Assembly (NCBI GenBank): GCA_963815115.1
Contig: CAWFFN010000005.1
Location: 736,001-800,000, forward strand
DNA length: 64,000 nucleotides
Reading direction: 5' to 3'
Origin: an uncultured delta proteobacterium
Lineage (GTDB): Bacteria > Desulfobacterota > Binatia > DP-6
Position 1 is the stretch's first letter; each line of letters begins with the position of its first letter. A program made the translations under genes and the position numbers. This document shows, in pieces, positions 30,563-39,004 of the stretch. The notes under the pieces were generated by a model, which was given only the letters and a program-made list of their open reading frames with translations, did not search any database and was not told the DNA's origin.

Positions 30563-31167
30563 CGCGGCGGACGCAGGCGGCGCTCCAGGGCGCCGAGAAG
30601 GGAGTCGGCGCCGAGCGCGAGCGCGGCAGCGGGCAGCGCGCCGGCGAGGATGGTGCGGTTGTCCACCATGGCGACGCCGCGGAAGATGAAGACCCCGAGG
30701 CCGCCGGCTCCGATGGCCGCCGCGATCGTCGCCAGGCCGATGCCGATCACGGTGGCGAGCCGGACGCCGGCGAGGATGACGCTGGCTGCGAGCGGCAGCT
30801 CGACGCGGCGGAGCAGCTGGCGGTCGGTCATGCCGAGGCCGCGGCCCGCCTCGCGCACCGCGGGATCGACGCCGCTGATCCCGACCACGGTGTTCCGCAG
30901 GACCGGCAGGACGGAGTAGAGGGTGAGCGCGATCAGCGCGGTGCGCGTCCCGATGCCGCCGAGGAACGGGACCGGGATGAGGAGCCCGAAGAGCGCCAGG
31001 CTCGGAATCGTCTGCACGGCGCTCGCCGCGCCCAGCACGAGGCGCTGCCAGCCGGGCCGCCGGGTGAGCACGATCCCGAGCGGCACGCCGATGGCGGTCG
31101 CGATCCCCACGGAGACGACGACCAGGAGCAGATGGCGGCCGGTCTCGGTCAGGATCTCGGTGGCCAC
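30559..31167 (-). CDS. Osmoprotectant ABC permease
   Basis: QTIPSLALFG, EAGRGLGMT EAA motif, IGAGGLG. Confidence 0.93.
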   Translation of the reverse strand: MATEILTETGRHLLLVVVSVGIATAIGVPLGIVLTRRPGWQRLVLGAASAVQTIPSLALFGLLIPVPFLGGIGTRTALIALTLYSVLPVLRNTVVGISGVDPAVREAGRGLGMTDRQLLRRVELPLAASVILAGVRLATVIGIGLATIAAAIGAGGLGVFIFRGVAMVDNRTILAGALPAAALALGADSLLGALERRLRPPR

Positions 31168-31172
31168 GGCGG

Positions 31173-31913
31173 TCAGTCCTGGCCGGCCTGGAGGAAGGCT
31201 CGCACCGTGGGATCGTCCGTTGCCGCGAGCTGGTCGGGCGTGCCGACCGCGAGGAGCCGGCCATCGGCGAGCAGCGCGAGCCGGTCGGCGACGCGCGCCG
31301 CCTCGCGCAGGTCGTGGGTGACGAAGACGGCCGTCTTCCCGAGCTGCCGCTGGAGCGCGCGGAAGGACTCCTGGAGCTCGCGCCGGGTGATCGGATCGAG
31401 CGCCGCGAAGGGCTCGTCGAGGAGGAGCAGGGGCGGGTCGGCGGCGAGGGCGCGTGCCACGCCGACGCGTTGCCGTTGGCCGCCGGAGAGCTCGTGGGGG
31501 TAGCGTCGACCGTACTCGGCGTCAGGCAGGCCGACGAGCTCGAGCAGCTCCTCCACGCGCGCCCGCCGGCGATTGCCGTCCCAGCCCTCCAGCTCCGGGA
31601 CGATACCCGCGTTCGCCGCGACCGTGAGGTGCGGCAGCAGGCCGATGTCCTGGATGACGTAGCCGGTCCTGCGGCGCAGCCGGATGGGATCCCATTCGGT
31701 GGTGGGACGACCGGCGACGCGCACCGTGCCCGTCGTCGGCAGGAGGAGGGCGTTCACCAGCCGCAGCGCCGTCGTCTTCCCGGAGCCGCTGCGGCCGATG
31801 AGCGCCAGCGTCTCGCCCTCGGCGACATCGAGCCCGAGGCCGTCGAGGATCGGACGTCCCGCCGGCGTGCGCACCGAGGCGCCGTCGTACTCGACGAAGC
31901 CGGAGCCGCTCAT
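31173..31913 (-). CDS. Osmoprotectant ABC ATP-binding subunit
   Basis: GRSGSGKTT, LSGGQRQRVG, LLLDEPF, VTHD. Confidence 0.93.
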   Translation of the reverse strand: MSGSGFVEYDGASVRTPAGRPILDGLGLDVAEGETLALIGRSGSGKTTALRLVNALLLPTTGTVRVAGRPTTEWDPIRLRRRTGYVIQDIGLLPHLTVAANAGIVPELEGWDGNRRRARVEELLELVGLPDAEYGRRYPHELSGGQRQRVGVARALAADPPLLLLDEPFAALDPITRRELQESFRALQRQLGKTAVFVTHDLREAARVADRLALLADGRLLAVGTPDQLAATDDPTVRAFLQAGQD

Positions 31914-32890
31914 GGGCCGAAGCCCGGCGCGGCGCCGTCCACCTGGATGCGCGCCGGACGGGCCGGCGTCTCGCCGGCCCTGGCGATCGGGGCCACGTCG
32001 TTCGGGCCGTCGGGACAGAGGAGCGCCGCGAGCGCCTGGAGCTGCCGGCGACCCACGCCGACCTCGAACATGCCGCCGAGGTAGACCGCGATCCCGCGGG
32101 ACCGGCAGGCCGCCGCCGCCGCCAGCATCTCGAATATCCCGCCCATGCGCGCCGGCTTGAGGTTCGCGGCCACCGGCCGCACGGGCAGCCGGTGGACGTC
32201 GTCGGCAGTGGAGAGGGGAGAGTCCGCGGCGAGCCGGCGCTGCAGATCGCCCGACCACGGCGCCAGGTCCCAGCACGGGTCCTCGACCAGCGCGTCCGGG
32301 AGGATGCGGTGCGCACGCTCGTGGTCGGCGCGCGTGCCGGCGTTCTTCCAGTCGAGTACGGCGATCCGGCCCGACGCGGCGAGGGCGGCGAGGGTGGCAT
32401 CGTCCCACGCCGGGTCGGCGTCGACCTTGAGCTCCACGTTGCCGTGACGGCGCGCCTCGGCGGCGGGGTCGGCGACGCGCCCGAAGGACACGACGTAGCG
32501 CACCGGCCGGGGCGCATGACCGGCGATCTCGAACAGGCTCACGCCGTGCTGGCGCAGCGCCAGATCGATGGCCGCCGCCTCGAGCGCTGCCCGGTCGTAG
32601 GGTTCTGCGATCGAGTCCGCGATGGCGGCGCTCCACGCGTCCAGCCGCCACGTGCCGCGCGGCACGCGGGGCGCGGTCCGGTCACGGAAGGCGCCGTGCT
32701 CGGCCTCGGTCCAGCCGACGTGCTCGCTCCGTCCCGCAGCCCCGTTGCCTCGCAGCGTCAGCCGCGAGCTCGGACGTGGACCGTCGGGATAGGACGGCAC
32801 GTCCACGGCGCCGACCTCGACGCTCACCTGCTCGATGGTCACCGCGAGCGCGCGGAGCGCGGTGCGCAGCGCCTCAGGCGTCGCGAGCAC
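31910..32890 (-). CDS. Uncharacterised enolase-superfamily (MLE/epimerase-like) enzyme
   Basis: ALEAAAIDLAL, ELKVD, LVEDP, LAADSP, NLKPARMGG, GGMFEVGVG; start approximate. Confidence 0.8.
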   Translation of the reverse strand: MLATPEALRTALRALAVTIEQVSVEVGAVDVPSYPDGPRPSSRLTLRGNGAAGRSEHVGWTEAEHGAFRDRTAPRVPRGTWRLDAWSAAIADSIAEPYDRAALEAAAIDLALRQHGVSLFEIAGHAPRPVRYVVSFGRVADPAAEARRHGNVELKVDADPAWDDATLAALAASGRIAVLDWKNAGTRADHERAHRILPDALVEDPCWDLAPWSGDLQRRLAADSPLSTADDVHRLPVRPVAANLKPARMGGIFEMLAAAAACRSRGIAVYLGGMFEVGVGRRQLQALAALLCPDGPNDVAPIARAGETPARPARIQVDGAAPGFGP

Positions 32891-35156
32891 AGCGGAAGCC
32901 GGCGAAGAGCTGGCGGCGCTGCGGCAGGTCCCAGTTGCGGAAGGTATTGCGGGCGACCAGGGGCTGCGTCGCCCACGATCCGCCACGCAGCACCTTGTAA
33001 CCCTTGCCGAAGTGGACCTCGGAGTACTCGGCATAGGGGAAGGCGACGAAGCCCGGATAGGCCGCCAGGTCGCTCGCCGTCCACTCCCACACGTCGCCGA
33101 GGAGCTGGTGGCAGCCGAAGTAGCTCGCGCCCTGCGGGTAGGCGCCGACGGCGGCGGGCGAGAACGTGCGCTGGTCGAGGTTCGCAAGCTCGGGCGTCGG
33201 TGGCGAATCGCCCCAAGGGTAGCGTCTCGGCGTGCCACGTTCCAGGTCCCAGGCCGCCGCCTTCTCCCACTCCGCCTCGCTGGGCAGCCGCTTGCCGATC
33301 CAGCGCGCGTACGCGTCGGCCTCGTACCAGCAGACATGGATCACCGGCTGGTCGAGCGCGAGCGGCACGAGCCGGCCGAAGGCACGCTCGTGCCAGGTTC
33401 CGTCGCTCGCCTGCCACCACTGCGCCGGATGTCTGACGCCCGCGTCGAGCAGCCAGCGCCAGCCGGCCTCCGTCCACAGCTCCCGCCGCCGGTAGCCGCC
33501 GTCCTCCATGAAACGCAGGAAGTCGCCGTTGACGGTGGGGCAGCGGTCGATCCGGAAGCGCGGCACGAAGACCTCGTGCGCCGGCCGCTCGTTGTCGTAG
33601 GCGAAGCGGCGATCGTCGGTTCCCATCAGGAATGCCCCGGCCGGAACGACGACCTCGGCGGCGGCGAGAGGACCGAACGATTCGGGAGGGTCGCAGCGGC
33701 GCGGCAGCTCGTAGACGAGGTCGTCGATGAGCTGGATCGTCTGCAGGATGGTCTCGGTGTGCTGCGCTTCGTGCTGCGCCAGCATCGCGTGCACGAAGCC
33801 ACCGGCGAGCAGCGGGGCGGTGGCGGGGAAGGTCGCGCGCGCCAGCACGGCGAACGTCCGCCGCCGCGTCTCGTCGAAGTATCGTACGCAGTAGGCGCGC
33901 TGCAGCAACGGCAGGCGGGCACGGGTGGCGCGCGGATGGGCGACGGCGTCGTACAGGTGATCGCGCCGCCGGTCCTCGTCGTCGCGGCGGCCCTCGGGAT
34001 CGTGGGCGCGCCGGATCCACTGCTCCTCGAAGTTCGCGATGTGGCCGAGGTCCCAGACGATCGGGCTCATGAGGGTGCTGTGCTGCCGGGTGAGCTGCTC
34101 CTCGGTGAGCGGGGCGACCAGCTCGAGCGTGCGGGCACGCGCTCGCCCGAGCAGGCGCTCGGCCACGAGGCGCGTCGAGGGCGGGGGAGGGGCGGGGCGC
34201 CGGCGCAGCAGGAGCAGCGCGAACGCCTGCGCGGGATCGGTGATGGTCTCGACCGCTTCGAAGCCGTGGCGCGCGGCCGCGGCGGTCATCTCCGGAATCC
34301 GGAACTTGCGGCTCACCTCGGTGAGCACCATCTCGCCGGCCGCGAGGCGGAACGAGCGGTCGAGCTCGGGAAGCTCGATGACCGCCGGGCGGGTGAAGCG
34401 GGCGAAGATGTCGATGCGCTCGCGGCTCTCGTTCCAGTAGGCGACGTGCTCGATGGCGTCGAGATCGAGGCGCGTGCCGAGGTCGCGATTCATGCGGGCG
34501 AAGAGGTTGCGGGTGAAGGCCGCGCTCACCCCGGCCGCGTCGTTGTAGGCCGCTTCGAGGACGGCCGGATCCTTCACCAGGTCGAGGCCGAGGAGCAGGT
34601 GATCGCCGGCCGACAGGCCGTCGGTGACGCGCTCGAGGAACGCGGCGGTCTCGGTGCGGTCGAAGTTGCCGAGGCTGCTGCCGAGGAAGAGCAGCACCAG
34701 GGGCGAGAACTCGCGCAGCCGGGCGAAGGCCTGCTCGTAGGTGCCGGCGAGGGCGCGTACCCGCAGGCTGGGGAAGTCGCCTTCCAGCGTCCGGCACGAG
34801 GCGTCCAGCATGTCGCGGCTGATGTCGACCGGAACGTAGCGCGCTCGCTGGCCGCCGGCGGTCCAGGCGCGCAGCAGGTGGCGCGTCTTGGTCGAGCTGC
34901 CGGAGCCCAGCTCGACGAGGGTCGGCGCTCCCGCGCGCGCGCGCAGCCGGGAAGCGTGCGCGGCGAGCAGCGCATCCTCGGTCCGGGTGAGATAGTATTC
35001 CGGCTGGCGGGTGATGTCCTCGAACAGCCCGCTGCCCTCGGCATCGTACAGGTAGCGGCAGGAGAGCCAGCGCGGCGAGTCGCCCAGACCGCGCGCGATC
35101 GACTGCGCGAACGCCGCGCGGGCCAGCGCGCGGGTACCCAGCTCGTCGCGTGTCAT
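32874..35156 (-). CDS. EgtD-EgtB fusion (histidine N-methyltransferase-like + ergothioneine sulfoxide synthase)
   Basis: N half: YDAEGSGLFEDIT...EYYLTRTE, VELGSGSSTKT, FLGSSLGNF, TEVSRKF. C half: SPIVWDLGH, HEAQHTE, FGE-like domain, GDVWEWT, RNWDLPQRRQLFAGFR. Confidence 0.92.
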   Translation of the reverse strand: MTRDELGTRALARAAFAQSIARGLGDSPRWLSCRYLYDAEGSGLFEDITRQPEYYLTRTEDALLAAHASRLRARAGAPTLVELGSGSSTKTRHLLRAWTAGGQRARYVPVDISRDMLDASCRTLEGDFPSLRVRALAGTYEQAFARLREFSPLVLLFLGSSLGNFDRTETAAFLERVTDGLSAGDHLLLGLDLVKDPAVLEAAYNDAAGVSAAFTRNLFARMNRDLGTRLDLDAIEHVAYWNESRERIDIFARFTRPAVIELPELDRSFRLAAGEMVLTEVSRKFRIPEMTAAAARHGFEAVETITDPAQAFALLLLRRRPAPPPPSTRLVAERLLGRARARTLELVAPLTEEQLTRQHSTLMSPIVWDLGHIANFEEQWIRRAHDPEGRRDDEDRRRDHLYDAVAHPRATRARLPLLQRAYCVRYFDETRRRTFAVLARATFPATAPLLAGGFVHAMLAQHEAQHTETILQTIQLIDDLVYELPRRCDPPESFGPLAAAEVVVPAGAFLMGTDDRRFAYDNERPAHEVFVPRFRIDRCPTVNGDFLRFMEDGGYRRRELWTEAGWRWLLDAGVRHPAQWWQASDGTWHERAFGRLVPLALDQPVIHVCWYEADAYARWIGKRLPSEAEWEKAAAWDLERGTPRRYPWGDSPPTPELANLDQRTFSPAAVGAYPQGASYFGCHQLLGDVWEWTASDLAAYPGFVAFPYAEYSEVHFGKGYKVLRGGSWATQPLVARNTFRNWDLPQRRQLFAGFRCARDA

Positions 35157-35569
35157 GCCGTGGTCGCCTTCCGGATCGCCGCGCCCACGTCCGCCAGCGT
35201 GCGCGACGTGCGTCGAGGGAAGATCGTGTGGATGGTTCCGGCGCCGTCGCCCGGCCATCGCGGCACGATGTGAACGTGAACGTGGGGGACCGTCTGGCCG
35301 GTGGCCTCGCCGTTGTTGATGCCGATCGTGGTGCCGGCCGCGCCCACCGCGAGGCGCACGGGATCGGCGAGCCGGCGCACGAGGCGGAAGAGACCGTCGG
35401 CCGCCGCCGGCTCCAGCGCCTCGATGGTGGGCACATGCGCCGTCGGCACCACGAGCGTGTGGCCATCGGCGAGAGGCTCGAGGTCGAGAAAGGCGACGCC
35501 GTCGGGTGCGCGGGCCACCACCTCGGCGGGTATCTCACCGGCGACGATGCGACAGAAGACGCACGTCAT
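35153..35569 (-). CDS. HIT family nucleotide hydrolase
   Basis: CVFCRI, GQTVPHVHVHIVPR; ATGA overlap with the fusion gene. Confidence 0.93.
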   Translation of the reverse strand: MTCVFCRIVAGEIPAEVVARAPDGVAFLDLEPLADGHTLVVPTAHVPTIEALEPAAADGLFRLVRRLADPVRLAVGAAGTTIGINNGEATGQTVPHVHVHIVPRWPGDGAGTIHTIFPRRTSRTLADVGAAIRKATTA

Positions 35570-35687
35570 CTCCCGGCCTCCTCGTGGCGCGGGTACGCCC
35601 GGCCGCCCCTCGGGGCCAACGCGGCTCGCCTCACCGCGCCGCATCCTGCCAGGTATGGCAAACAAGGGAAGCCCCCTCGGAAGCTGG

Positions 35688-36299
35688 TCAGAGGACTGCG
35701 TCGAGCAACGTTCGCGTGGCCGCGCCAGGGTTTCCGGCCGAGAGAATGGCGCGGATCACGGCGATGCCCCACGCGCCCGCCGCCCGCAGCTCGGGGACGC
35801 TGGCGGCCGTGACTCCGCCGATGGCGAGGACGGGAATGCGCGCTGCCGCCACCGCGCCGCGCAGGCGCGCGGCGCCCTGCGGCGGGCCGAAGGACGTCTT
35901 CGACGGCGTGGCATGGACGGGGCCGAAGAACGCGAAGTCGGCCGTGGCGGCGGCGACCTCCGCCGCCGCGTGCGTCGAGATGCCGATCAGTGCGCCGGCC
36001 GGCAGCAGGCTGCGGACCACGTCCACCGGCATCGACCCGCCGCCGAGGTGCACGCCGTCGGCGCCGGCGGCGAGGGCGACGTCGACGCGGTCGTTCACCA
36101 GCAGCAGCGCGCCCGTACCGGCCGTCAGGGCGCGCAGCCGCTCGGCGAGTACGAGGAGAGGCCGCCCGGGCAGATCCCTTTCCCGAAGCTGCACGGCGGG
36201 CAGCCCGGCGTCGAGCGCCGCCGCGACGACGTCGCACAGGTCGCGCCCGCCGGTGGCATGGCGGTCGGTGACCAGCACGAGCTTCGGTGGCGCCGCCAT
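35688..36299 (-). CDS. thiE: Thiamine-phosphate synthase (ThiE/TenI family)
   Basis: VQLRE, LVNDRVD, ADGVHL, GISTH, TPSK, AIGG. Confidence 0.85.
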   Translation of the reverse strand: MAAPPKLVLVTDRHATGGRDLCDVVAAALDAGLPAVQLRERDLPGRPLLVLAERLRALTAGTGALLLVNDRVDVALAAGADGVHLGGGSMPVDVVRSLLPAGALIGISTHAAAEVAAATADFAFFGPVHATPSKTSFGPPQGAARLRGAVAAARIPVLAIGGVTAASVPELRAAGAWGIAVIRAILSAGNPGAATRTLLDAVL

Positions 36300-36309
36300 C
36301 GCACGCACT

Positions 36310-37830
36310 CTAGCGCAGCCCATGGGGCGGGTCAGTTGCCGGGCGGCGCGTGCTCCCGTCCGCGATCGCGGCGCGGAACGGCTCGAGCTGGGGGTCGCCG
36401 GTCCGCTCCATGTGCGCCAGCAGCAGCCCTGCGAGGTGCTCGACGTCATGGCGATAGGCAGGCGCGTCGATCACGTTGTGACGCTCGTCCGGGTCGCGTT
36501 CCAGGTCGTAGAGGGCGAGGACGGTGCCGAAGACGTACTGCCGGACGCGCGCGGCGACCGCGGCGTCGTGGCGCGCCGCCGCGGCGAGTGCAGGGAACGT
36601 CAGCCCGTTCATCGCCTCCACCCGGAACCGCCTCCGGCCGTCCGCCCACGGCTCGAAGATCAGCGAGCGCGTGTTCGTGCGCACGCAGCGCTGCGGAAAG
36701 GCCGCGCCGCTGCGCACCGTGTTCACGTGGGTGACGACGTGGTCGCGTCCGTCCTGCGTTTCCCCGCGCAGCAGCGGGCCCCAGGAGCGGCCGTCCATGC
36801 CCGCCGGTGGGGCGACCTCGAGCAGCCCCAGGAGCGTCGGCATCAGGTCCACGCTGCTCACCATCGCCTCGTGCGACGCCGCCGGCGGCATGGCGGGATA
36901 GCGCAGGACCACCGGCGACCAGGTGCCGTCGCGATAGACGGTGGCCTTGGCGAACGGGACCGACATGCCGTTGTCGGAGAGGAACACGACCACCGTGTCG
37001 CCGACGTGCCCCGCGGCATCGAGCGCGTCGAGCACCGCGCCGAGGCTCCGGTCCATGCGGGCGACGTTCGCATAGTAGCGCGTGAGCTCCCGGCGGACGG
37101 GCGGCAGGTCTTCCAGGACGCCGGGCACGAGGCCGGGGCCGGCCCGCAGCGCCCAGGCGTGGACCGCGGCCCGCTCGAAACGTCCGCCGACGCCCGACGG
37201 CCATCGGTCCAGATCGCTGCCGAGGAAGGGGCGATGCGGGTCGGTGATGTTGGCGTCGACGAAGAAGGGACGGCCGGCGCGACGCGCTTCGTCGAGGCAG
37301 CGCGTGACGGCCGCGCCGATCCGGGACGGTCGGCGTCCGGAGCCGCGCAGGGCGAGGTCCCACGGGAACTTCGCAGGGGGGCGCATGTGCGACAGCTTGT
37401 TGATCGCGGCCGTGAAGTAGCCCCGTGCCTGCAGGACCTCGACCAGGGTCGGAACGTCGCGGGCGACGGGGCCGAACCCGAGCGCGCCGTTGCGGTGCGG
37501 CACGCGCCCGGTCAGCAGCGCCGCGCGCGACGGCGCGCAGATGGACGCGGTGAGGTGGGCGTTGACGAAGCGATGCGAGGAGCGGGCCAGCGCATCGAGG
37601 CGCGGCGTCGCCGGCATGAGGCTTCCCATCCACCCCGCCGAGTCGGCGTTGAGGTCGTCGGCGGTGATCAGGAGGAGGTTCGGGCGCCGTGGCAGCGGCT
37701 GCTGGGCGGCGGCGGCCGGAGCGCCGCGCGCCGGGCCGGCGCCCGCGACGCTCCACGCGAGCAGCACGGAGAGTCGCGTCGCCCGCAGCAGACCGCCGCA
37801 CGCTGCGCCGCGGGCCGTCCTCGCCACCAT
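36310..37830 (-). CDS. Formylglycine-dependent sulfatase, secreted
   Basis: LLITADDL, CAPSRAALLTGR, SDNG, LYDLERDPDE. Confidence 0.92.
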   Translation of the reverse strand: MVARTARGAACGGLLRATRLSVLLAWSVAGAGPARGAPAAAAQQPLPRRPNLLLITADDLNADSAGWMGSLMPATPRLDALARSSHRFVNAHLTASICAPSRAALLTGRVPHRNGALGFGPVARDVPTLVEVLQARGYFTAAINKLSHMRPPAKFPWDLALRGSGRRPSRIGAAVTRCLDEARRAGRPFFVDANITDPHRPFLGSDLDRWPSGVGGRFERAAVHAWALRAGPGLVPGVLEDLPPVRRELTRYYANVARMDRSLGAVLDALDAAGHVGDTVVVFLSDNGMSVPFAKATVYRDGTWSPVVLRYPAMPPAASHEAMVSSVDLMPTLLGLLEVAPPAGMDGRSWGPLLRGETQDGRDHVVTHVNTVRSGAAFPQRCVRTNTRSLIFEPWADGRRRFRVEAMNGLTFPALAAAARHDAAVAARVRQYVFGTVLALYDLERDPDERHNVIDAPAYRHDVEHLAGLLLAHMERTGDPQLEPFRAAIADGSTRRPATDPPHGLR

Positions 37831-37910
37831 CGCCGCGAGCCCAGCAAGCGGGATGCCCCCGCGGAGATGCAGCTCGATTCGATGCTTGGATCAGCCCCCC
37901 CGGGGTCGGT

Positions 37911-37979
37911 GTGAAGCGCGATGCACGCCGGCAGCCGGGCGACGAGAACGCGTGGCGTGCATCGAGTACGGCGCTTCAC
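37911..37979. other. Bulged stem-loop between the SDR and the sulfatase
   Basis: GTGAAGCGC/GCGCTTCAC and CGATGCACGCC/GGCGTGCATCG arms. Confidence 0.6.
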
Positions 37980-38017
37980 GGTTCGCCGCGCCGACCTGTG
38001 CGAAGAGCGGCCGCGGA

Positions 38018-38758
38018 TCAGCGCAGGTGGCGGCCGCCGTCGGCCCGGATGGTCTCACCGGTGATGAAGTCGTTCTCGATGAGAGCCAGCACGGCGTGGG
38101 CGATCGCTTCCTCGCCGCCCCACCGCCCGAGCGGTGTCTCGCGCTCGACCGCGCGCCGCTCCTCGGTGCCGAGCTCGGGGGGAGCGAGGATCGGCCCGGG
38201 GGCGACGGCATTCACCAGGATCTGGTCGCCCGCCAGCTCGAGCGCGAGCGCTTCCGTCAGACCCACCACGGCCGCCTTGGCGACGTAGTACGGCAGGTAG
38301 CCCGGATAGCGAGGCCGGCCGCTGCGCGACAGCCAGTCGGCGAAGAGCACGATGCGCCCTCCGCCTGCGGCCCGCATGTGGGGAGCAGCCGCCCGCGCGC
38401 ACAGGAACGCCGCCCGCGCGTCGACCGCCAGGCTGTCGTCCCAGTCGCGCTCGGTGAGCGCGTCGAACGGGGTCTTGGCGTAGCGCGACGCCATGTGGAC
38501 CAGGACGTCGAGGCGCCCGAGCGTCTCGACGACGTGGGCCACGAGTGCGTCGCACTCGGCTGCCTTGGTCAGATCGGCCGCGAACGCCGTCGCCCGCCGT
38601 CCGAGCGCCCGCACCGCGTCGGCCGCGCGCTCGACGTCCTCGCGCGAGCGATTGTAGGAGAAGGCGAGGTCGGCACCGCGGGTCGCGAGCGCCAGCGCGA
38701 CGCCGCCGCCCACGCGCTTCGCGCCGGTGATGAGGACGGTCTTGCCGGTGAGGTCCAT
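38018..38758 (-). CDS. Pteridine reductase/FolM-like SDR
   Basis: TGAKRVG, YYVAK, VNAVAPGPIL. Confidence 0.88.
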   Translation of the reverse strand: MDLTGKTVLITGAKRVGGGVALALATRGADLAFSYNRSREDVERAADAVRALGRRATAFAADLTKAAECDALVAHVVETLGRLDVLVHMASRYAKTPFDALTERDWDDSLAVDARAAFLCARAAAPHMRAAGGGRIVLFADWLSRSGRPRYPGYLPYYVAKAAVVGLTEALALELAGDQILVNAVAPGPILAPPELGTEERRAVERETPLGRWGGEEAIAHAVLALIENDFITGETIRADGGRHLR

Positions 38759-38950
38759 GGTTGAGAACGCGTCGAGTCCGAGCCGTAGGCATTGTCGCAT
38801 GCCGGCGCTCGCGCGACCACCGGGTCGTGCCGTGCCGCGAGCGCGGGTGATTTCCGTTCCGATCTGCACAGCGTCGACCGCCAGCTCTTCGCCTGATCTC
38901 CGCGGCGGGCGCGGCGCTGCGGGGGAGATGGCTCCCCGGAAAGGTACCGG

Positions 38951-38987
38951 ATTGGCCCCCTGGAGCCACTTCCAGGGTCAATTGGAC
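38951..38987. promoter_or_regulatory. Probable MocR operator
   Basis: ATTGGCC...ATTGGAC direct repeats flanking a CCCTGGA-N6-TCCAGGG palindrome just upstream of the MocR gene. Confidence 0.6.
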
Positions 38988-39004
38988 TCCACTACCCTTG
39001 TGCC

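Noticed and set aside
32874-34150. FGE-sulfatase domain as a maturase for the nearby sulfatase
   Set aside because: Lacks the FGE catalytic Cys pair after RGGS and carries the EgtB iron motif HxxxHxE
32874-35156. Selenoneine (senA) or ovothiol (ovoA) synthase
   Set aside because: No senB/senC nearby; OvoA has its methyltransferase at the C-terminus; motifs match type-I EgtB
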